DNA of 64,000 bases from a bacterium (GTDB lineage: Bacteria; UBA8248): assembly GCA_965200245.1 (NCBI GenBank), contig CBDATS010000005.1, forward strand, positions 576,001 through 640,000, read 5' to 3'. The notes under the pieces are model-generated. The model was given only the letters and a program-made list of their open reading frames with translations. It ran no database searches and was not told the DNA's origin. Both the position numbers and the translations under genes were made by a program. This document shows, piece after piece, positions 58,471 through 64,000 of the stretch. How positions within the stretch are numbered: position 1 is the stretch's first letter; each line of letters opens with the position of its first letter.

Positions 58471-59189
58471 GAGAGTAACTCCATCGCCTTTGAGAAATCC
58501 ATGGTTCCCTCATACAGGGCACGTCCCACAACGGCGCCAATGACACCTTTCTCCTCCAGAGAAATGAGCTTCTCCACATCCTCTAACCTGCTCACCCCGC
58601 CCGCAGCGATAATGGGCAAACCGCAAGCTTGGGCCAAGGAAGCGGTGGGGTCCGGGTCGAAACCCTCCAACGTGCCGTCGCGTCTGATGTCAGTGAAGAT
58701 GATACCCGCAAGAGGAAGGTGCGCGAAGCGGTTCGCGAGCAATTCAGGCGACACCGAATTCCTCTCCTCCCAGCCCGAAATTCTGACTTCTCCGTCTTTG
58801 GCGTCGATGCCCAACAAAATCTTGCCGGGGTGCTCCATCGCGGCGGATTCCAGGAACACAGGATTTCTGAGCGCGCTCGTACCAAGGATAATAAAGCTCG
58901 CCCCCGCCTTAAGCACAGCTGCGAGTGAATCTTCTGATCGCACGCCGCCGCCGAACTCCACAGGAACATTCACGGCCTCCGCCACCTGCGCGAGGATGTC
59001 GATGTGAGCAGGCACGCCATGAAAAGCGCCGTCCAAGTCGATAAGGTGAAGTCGCTTCGCACCCTGCTCCACCCAGTGAATCGCCCAAGTCACAGGGTCG
59101 TCGCCGTAGACGATCTCGCGCCCTTTCTGGCCCTGTATGAGCCTCACGCATTTGCCGTCTTTCAGATCGACCGCCGGAATGAGAAGCAA
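58464..59189 (-). CDS. hisA: ProFAR isomerase
   Basis: [32 protein letters not shown]. Confidence 0.96.
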   Translation of the reverse strand: MLLIPAVDLKDGKCVRLIQGQKGREIVYGDDPVTWAIHWVEQGAKRLHLIDLDGAFHGVPAHIDILAQVAEAVNVPVEFGGGVRSEDSLAAVLKAGASFIILGTSALRNPVFLESAAMEHPGKILLGIDAKDGEVRISGWEERNSVSPELLANRFAHLPLAGIIFTDIRRDGTLEGFDPDPTASLAQACGLPIIAAGGVSRLEDVEKLISLEEKGVIGAVVGRALYEGTMDFSKAMELLSC

Positions 59190-59332
59190 AACGCCACCCC
59201 TGAGATGAAGTCCGCGTTCGTGTTGCGCCTCTCATTAAACCCAAACAGGATTTATTGCAAACGCTCGTGAGAATTTGTTGCGCAAAGAGGGCAACGCGCG
59301 CACAAGATGACCCACCCCAAAAGGGTCAACCT

Positions 59333-60001
59333 CTATACAGATGAGGCTTTATGCGCAATACAGATATCGACGAATTTTCTCAAAATGCTCAGACCCAGCT
59401 TGCCGCTTTTTTCGGGGTGGAACTGGGTAGCGAAGAGGTTTCCCCGGCGGACACTGGCGATGAAAGGAACACCGAAATCGCATGTCGCCGCAATCCAGGG
59501 ACGCGCGGCTTCTGAAGGCTCCGCGTAGTAGGAGTGGACAAAATAGAAATGCGCACCACCCGGCAGATCCGAGAGAATCGGGGATTCATTATGAAATTCA
59601 GGCTGGTTCCAACCCATGTGCGGGACCTTGAGCGGCAGCGCAGAACTGTTTTCCGTCATCCCATCGGGGAAGCGTCTCACGCGCCCGGGGAGGATTCCCA
59701 AGCCTGGTGTGGAACCGAATTCCTCACTTTCCTCGAAAAGAATCTGAAGCCCCAAGCAAATTCCCAAGTAGGGCACACCCTTTTCTATGGCAAGGCGCAA
59801 AGGCCCTGTGAGACCGGCATCCTCCAGGGCACGCATGCAATCGGGGAAACCACCCACCCCTGGGAGGATCAGGCCTTTAGCGGCGCTCAAAACCTCGGGA
59901 TCGTCGCTCAGCACCGCCTGCGCGCCGACTTTGACCAGAGCATTCCTTACGTTCAGAACGTTTCCCATGCCGTAGTCGACCACGACGATCTCTGCCGTCA
60001 T
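59333..60001 (-). CDS. hisH: Imidazole glycerol phosphate synthase glutaminase subunit
   Basis: DYGMGN, LPGVG, GICLG, PHMGWN, FHPEKS. Confidence 0.97.
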   Translation of the reverse strand: MTAEIVVVDYGMGNVLNVRNALVKVGAQAVLSDDPEVLSAAKGLILPGVGGFPDCMRALEDAGLTGPLRLAIEKGVPYLGICLGLQILFEESEEFGSTPGLGILPGRVRRFPDGMTENSSALPLKVPHMGWNQPEFHNESPILSDLPGGAHFYFVHSYYAEPSEAARPWIAATCDFGVPFIASVRRGNLFATQFHPEKSGKLGLSILRKFVDICIAHKASSV

Positions 60002-60038
60002 CCCGCTCCTCATAGTGATGGGTTACTGGAAAATAGCT

Positions 60039-60641
60039 TCATAAAGCGCCCTTGGTACTGGGCACGCTCTTATCTCTCGGATCGAGCGAGACGCCTGCGC
60101 GCAACGCCCTCGCAAAACCCTTGAACACTGCTTCGACCATGTGGTGACTATTGTCCCCGTAGCAAACCTCGACATGGAGGTCGACACCCGCGTGGGTGAC
60201 CACCGACCAGAAAAACTCGCGCACGAGCGAAGTATCGAACTCACCGATTTGGGCTTCCGGAAATGAAGCTCGGAAGATGAGGTTTGCACGGCCGCCAAAA
60301 TCCGCCGCCACGTGAACGAGCGCATCCATCATGGGCAGACGCACATCGGCGTAGCGGTTAATGCTCGTTCGATCTCCCAATGCCTTCGCAAGCGTCTGCC
60401 CGAGGATAATGCCTACATCCTCCACCGTATGGTGGCCATCGACGCCCAAATCTCCTTTGCCGCTAACAGTCAAGTCCACCAGTCCGTGGCGGGCTATCTG
60501 GGCGAGCATGTGATCGAAAAAACCGATTCCCGTGGCAATTTCGGCCTCACCTGCGCCGTCGAGGTTAATAGCAACAGAAAAGTCGGTTTCCATCGTCTTT
60601 CTGCTCACGCGGGCTATTCTCTGTTTAGCTCTTGCAGTCAC
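60039..60641 (-). CDS. hisB: Imidazoleglycerol-phosphate dehydratase (monofunctional)
   Basis: GFFDHML, HHTVED, NSHHMVE, PSTKG; no phosphatase domain. Confidence 0.96.
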   Translation of the reverse strand: MTARAKQRIARVSRKTMETDFSVAINLDGAGEAEIATGIGFFDHMLAQIARHGLVDLTVSGKGDLGVDGHHTVEDVGIILGQTLAKALGDRTSINRYADVRLPMMDALVHVAADFGGRANLIFRASFPEAQIGEFDTSLVREFFWSVVTHAGVDLHVEVCYGDNSHHMVEAVFKGFARALRAGVSLDPRDKSVPSTKGAL

Positions 60642-60733
60642 CTTCTCTCTCCCGGCGGAATAGAATCTCTGTGAACACGCCACCTCAAAGCAGTACGATC
60701 ATGCTTGATCCGCACCCATTCCGCCAGTGTCCT

Positions 60734-62029
60734 TTAAGAATCGCCACGCCTCAAGCGCAACGCGCGCGCGTGGGCGGGTAAGCCTTCCAGATCAGCGAGT
60801 CTCGCTGCCGGTTCAGCCAGTCGCACAACGGCAGCCTCATCGAAACTCACCTTGCTCGTCCATTTGATGAAATCATACACCCCGAGCGGCGAGGCGAAAC
60901 GCGCTGTGCCTCCTGTGGGTAGTACGTGATTGGGGCCTGCAATATAATCGCCCAAAGGAACCGGACTCCACGGTCCGCAGAATACCGCGCCCGCGTTGCG
61001 AATCCCTTTGCCCGCCTCTTCCGCGCGCTCCAACAAAATCTCCAAGTGTTCGGGTGCAAGCATCTCCGAAATTTTGATCGCCTCCTCACGCGAAGCCACC
61101 TCGATAATCGCGCCGCGATTCTGCAAAGCCTGCGCTATCTCCGCACTCCTCAAAGCGGAACGCAACTGGCTTTGTACTTCCCGCTCCAAGGCGTCAGCTG
61201 TCTCCGCTCCCACACAAATGCCCACTGCCATCGCCTGCACGTCGTGCTCGGCTTGAGCGAGCAAGTCCGCAGCCGCCCATTCGGCCAGCGCCGCATTATC
61301 CAAGAGTACGACCACCTCACTCGGCCCGGCCTCCTTGTCGATCTCCACGCGCCCGCGCACGATGCGCTTCGCAGCGGCGACGTATACGTTGCCCGGGCCC
61401 ACTATCTTGTCCACACGTGGGACGCTCTTCGTCCCATAGGCCAATGCAGCGATCGCCTGCGCGCCGCCAACGGGCACGACGCGCGTCAGACCCGCCAGAG
61501 CCGCCGCCGCCAGCACGGCGTCGGGGACTTTGCCGTCTGAACCCGGCGGGGTGCAAAGAACCAACTCCTTCACACCCGCGACACGCGCGGGAACGGCGTT
61601 CATAAGCACCGTAGAGGGATAGGCCGCAGTGCCGCCCGGCACATAGAGGCCCACGCTCGCGAGTGCAGTGGGCTCGAGTGATAGCCGCTCACCAGACGTC
61701 GGCTCAAGCGTGATCGCAAAGGGAACCTGCGCCTCGTGGAACGCGCGAACCCGCTCCTCAGCGAGTTTCAGGGCGGCTAATGTCTCGGTCGGTAATTCAC
61801 CTAACGCACGCGCCATCTCTTCAGGACCAATGACAAGGTTCTCAGGATCGAGAGATATACCGTCGAACTCTTGCGTCAACTCGACCAGAGCATCATCCGC
61901 ATCCTTTCTCACGCGTTCTATGATTGCGCGCACACCAGGCTCGACACAGGAAAACGCGTCCTCTCCGCTCAAGGAGAGGCGCTCGATCTCCTCAATGAAA
62001 TTCTCAGACCCGCAATTTATACGCTTCAC
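60734..62029 (-). CDS. hisD: Histidinol dehydrogenase
   Basis: YVPGG, GGAQA, GPGN, QAEHD, APEHL, GPNHVLPT. Confidence 0.97.
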   Translation of the reverse strand: MKRINCGSENFIEEIERLSLSGEDAFSCVEPGVRAIIERVRKDADDALVELTQEFDGISLDPENLVIGPEEMARALGELPTETLAALKLAEERVRAFHEAQVPFAITLEPTSGERLSLEPTALASVGLYVPGGTAAYPSTVLMNAVPARVAGVKELVLCTPPGSDGKVPDAVLAAAALAGLTRVVPVGGAQAIAALAYGTKSVPRVDKIVGPGNVYVAAAKRIVRGRVEIDKEAGPSEVVVLLDNAALAEWAAADLLAQAEHDVQAMAVGICVGAETADALEREVQSQLRSALRSAEIAQALQNRGAIIEVASREEAIKISEMLAPEHLEILLERAEEAGKGIRNAGAVFCGPWSPVPLGDYIAGPNHVLPTGGTARFASPLGVYDFIKWTSKVSFDEAAVVRLAEPAARLADLEGLPAHARALRLRRGDS

Positions 62030-62736
62030 GACTTCTCCTCGCCCGAGGGCGGTTCCGCGCTGTTTTCGAAACGGTTAGCGGCGGGGGGAATAGCTCCCTT
62101 CAACTGCTCAATGATGGCGCTCAATGTCTTGTAGTTCGTCTTTAAACTCGCGCGGTTGGCGATGAGCTTCGCCGTCGCGCTGAAAATCTCTCGAATCGGG
62201 ACCAGTCCATTGGCCCGAAGCGTTCCGCCGGTGTCAACCAAATCCACGACGATGTCCGCCACCCCCGTGGCGGGCGCGATCTCCACGTTACCGTAAAGGC
62301 GGACGATTTTGGCCTGAATCCCCATCCGAACGAAAAAGCGGGTGGTGATGACCGGAAACTTCGTCGCCACACGCAACGAGAGTCGCCCGCTCAAGTCCTC
62401 CCAAGCAACACCCTCTGGTGCCGCGACCATGAGGCGGCACGGTGCGATGTTCATGTCCAGTGGTTCATACACGTCACGCCCCTGTTCGAGGAGCACATCG
62501 CGCCCGATGATGCCCAAATCCGCCGCCCCGCGCTCAACGTAGATAGGAACGTCATGATTCCTCAGAATCAAAATTCGTATGCCTGTATCGGGGTCCCGTA
62601 GAATGAGCTTTCGGGACTTGTCTGATATCGGCTTCGACAATACGCCCGCCTTTACCAGACATTCGGTGGCTTCAGAGAAAATTCTTCCCTTGGGCAGGGC
62701 GATGATCAATTCTTTGTCCCCGTTCTCTTCCATCAT
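62026..62736 (-). CDS. hisG: ATP phosphoribosyltransferase, short form
   Basis: ALPKGR, ADLG, VATKFP, VEIAP, DTGGTL; no C-terminal regulatory domain. Confidence 0.95.
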   Translation of the reverse strand: MMEENGDKELIIALPKGRIFSEATECLVKAGVLSKPISDKSRKLILRDPDTGIRILILRNHDVPIYVERGAADLGIIGRDVLLEQGRDVYEPLDMNIAPCRLMVAAPEGVAWEDLSGRLSLRVATKFPVITTRFFVRMGIQAKIVRLYGNVEIAPATGVADIVVDLVDTGGTLRANGLVPIREIFSATAKLIANRASLKTNYKTLSAIIEQLKGAIPPAANRFENSAEPPSGEEKS

Positions 62737-63992
62737 GACTCCACTTCACGCCGGATACCCGCACCAAGTACCCGCAACCTTTCCTCAAACCGCTGATATC
62801 CCCTGTCGATATGATATGCGTTGCGGATGATGGTTTCTCCGCTAGCCGCCAGCCCCGCCAGAACCAGCGAGGCGCTCGCTCTCAAGTCCGTTGCCGTCAC
62901 CGAAACACCCGCGAGATGCTCCACACCCTCGACATGCGCCGTCCGGCCGTCGATATGAATTCGCGCGTTCATTCTGGCGAGTTCGGCGGCGTGCATAAAG
63001 CGGTTTTCGAAAATGGTCTCCGTGATGACGGAGGTTCCCTCCGCAAGCGTCATCAGTGCCATAAACTGAGCCTGCAAATCAGTGGGAAAACCGGGATAGG
63101 GCGCTGTCTTGACATTCACGGGTCGTACGGAGCCGTTGCTCTGCACACGAATCCAGTCTTCTCCTTCGGATATATCGAGGCCAGCCTCGATGAGCTTGAG
63201 TGCCAATGCGTGTACTTGTTCCGGCTCGCAATTCGTAATTTCCAAATCTCCTCCCGTGATGGCAGCCGCTATCATTAGGGTTCCCACCTCGATGCGGTCG
63301 GCGGGAACGGCCACATCGTATCCCGACAGCGACTCTACTCCTTCTATCTCAATAACGGGCGTGCCCGCACCGCTCACCTTCGCACCCATTCGGTTCAGCA
63401 AATCAGCGAGCGTGACGACCTCGGGCTCCAAAGCCGCATTTTCGAGAACTGTGGTCCCTTTCGCCAACGTGGCCGCCATCATCAGGTTCTTCGTCCCCGT
63501 AACTGTCGTGAGATCGAACGAAATGTGCGCGCCTGCGAGTTTTCGGGCCTTCGCTTCGATGTAGCCCTGTTCTATCTCGATCTCCGCTCCCATCGCGCTC
63601 AGACCCTTCAAATGCTGATCGACGGGTCTCGCGCCGATGGCGCAGCCTCCCGGAAGTGAGACGCGCGCCGAGCCAAAACGCGCGAGCAAGGGACCAAGCA
63701 CTAGTATGGAAGCCCGCATCGCCTGCACGAGTTCATAGGGCGCGACCCCGCCGGTGATGTTCGTGGCGTCCAAGGAGATGTGCCCGAGCGATTCTTCGCG
63801 TGTATCTACGCCGAATTCCCCCAGGAGTTTCAGAATCGTCTTCGTATCGCGCAAGTTTGGGACTCTACGCGCATGGCTCACCCCATCGGCCAGGATGGCG
63901 GCGGCCAGAATTGGCAAAGAAGCGTTCTTGGAGCCCGATGCCTCGGCCTCTCCACGCAGTGGAGAACCTCCTTGGATTCGAAATTGCTCCAC
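62733..63992 (-). CDS. murA: UDP-N-acetylglucosamine 1-carboxyvinyltransferase
   Basis: GSKNA, LPGGCAIGARP, PGFPTD, FENRF, DLRA, HIDRGY. Confidence 0.98.
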   Translation of the reverse strand: MEQFRIQGGSPLRGEAEASGSKNASLPILAAAILADGVSHARRVPNLRDTKTILKLLGEFGVDTREESLGHISLDATNITGGVAPYELVQAMRASILVLGPLLARFGSARVSLPGGCAIGARPVDQHLKGLSAMGAEIEIEQGYIEAKARKLAGAHISFDLTTVTGTKNLMMAATLAKGTTVLENAALEPEVVTLADLLNRMGAKVSGAGTPVIEIEGVESLSGYDVAVPADRIEVGTLMIAAAITGGDLEITNCEPEQVHALALKLIEAGLDISEGEDWIRVQSNGSVRPVNVKTAPYPGFPTDLQAQFMALMTLAEGTSVITETIFENRFMHAAELARMNARIHIDGRTAHVEGVEHLAGVSVTATDLRASASLVLAGLAASGETIIRNAYHIDRGYQRFEERLRVLGAGIRREVES

Positions 63993-64000
63993 GACCTATG

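Overview
GC-rich bacterial chromosome segment in two halves. (1) About 1-17.4 kb is an accessory/catabolic region ending at the 3' end of tRNA-Asp. It holds: a glycine/sarcosine/betaine-reductase-family component B pair, whose B subunit is a hidden selenoprotein (in-frame TGA at 2383-2385 plus a SECIS-like hairpin) with an atypical cysteine-free U-G-T-G-T-R-S motif; TPP-dependent dehydrogenase E1 alpha/beta; RibD-like, MBL and VOC proteins; a four-gene periplasmic heme operon (MauG-like diheme peroxidase, diheme and monoheme cytochromes c, YVTN beta-propeller); an FGE-like protein, a cupin and a class III CoA-transferase; and a NitT/TauT ABC transporter with a decayed duplicate of its binding-protein gene. 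(2) About 17.4-64 kb is core housekeeping DNA, all on the minus strand: murA-his operon, mutS2-dnaG-rpoD-tRNA-Ile2-zinc ribbon-rnhA-rnpB, ilvA-purH-folC-folP-TSUP-panE-panB, the mraZ-ftsZ dcw cluster (with a visible sigma70 promoter and MraZ boxes), pgeF-yggS-proC-yggT-divIVA, a frameshifted DUF167/yggU pseudogene, and mtnA. No CRISPR array, transposase or integrase was seen. All family assignments come from motif recognition by eye, not from database searches.
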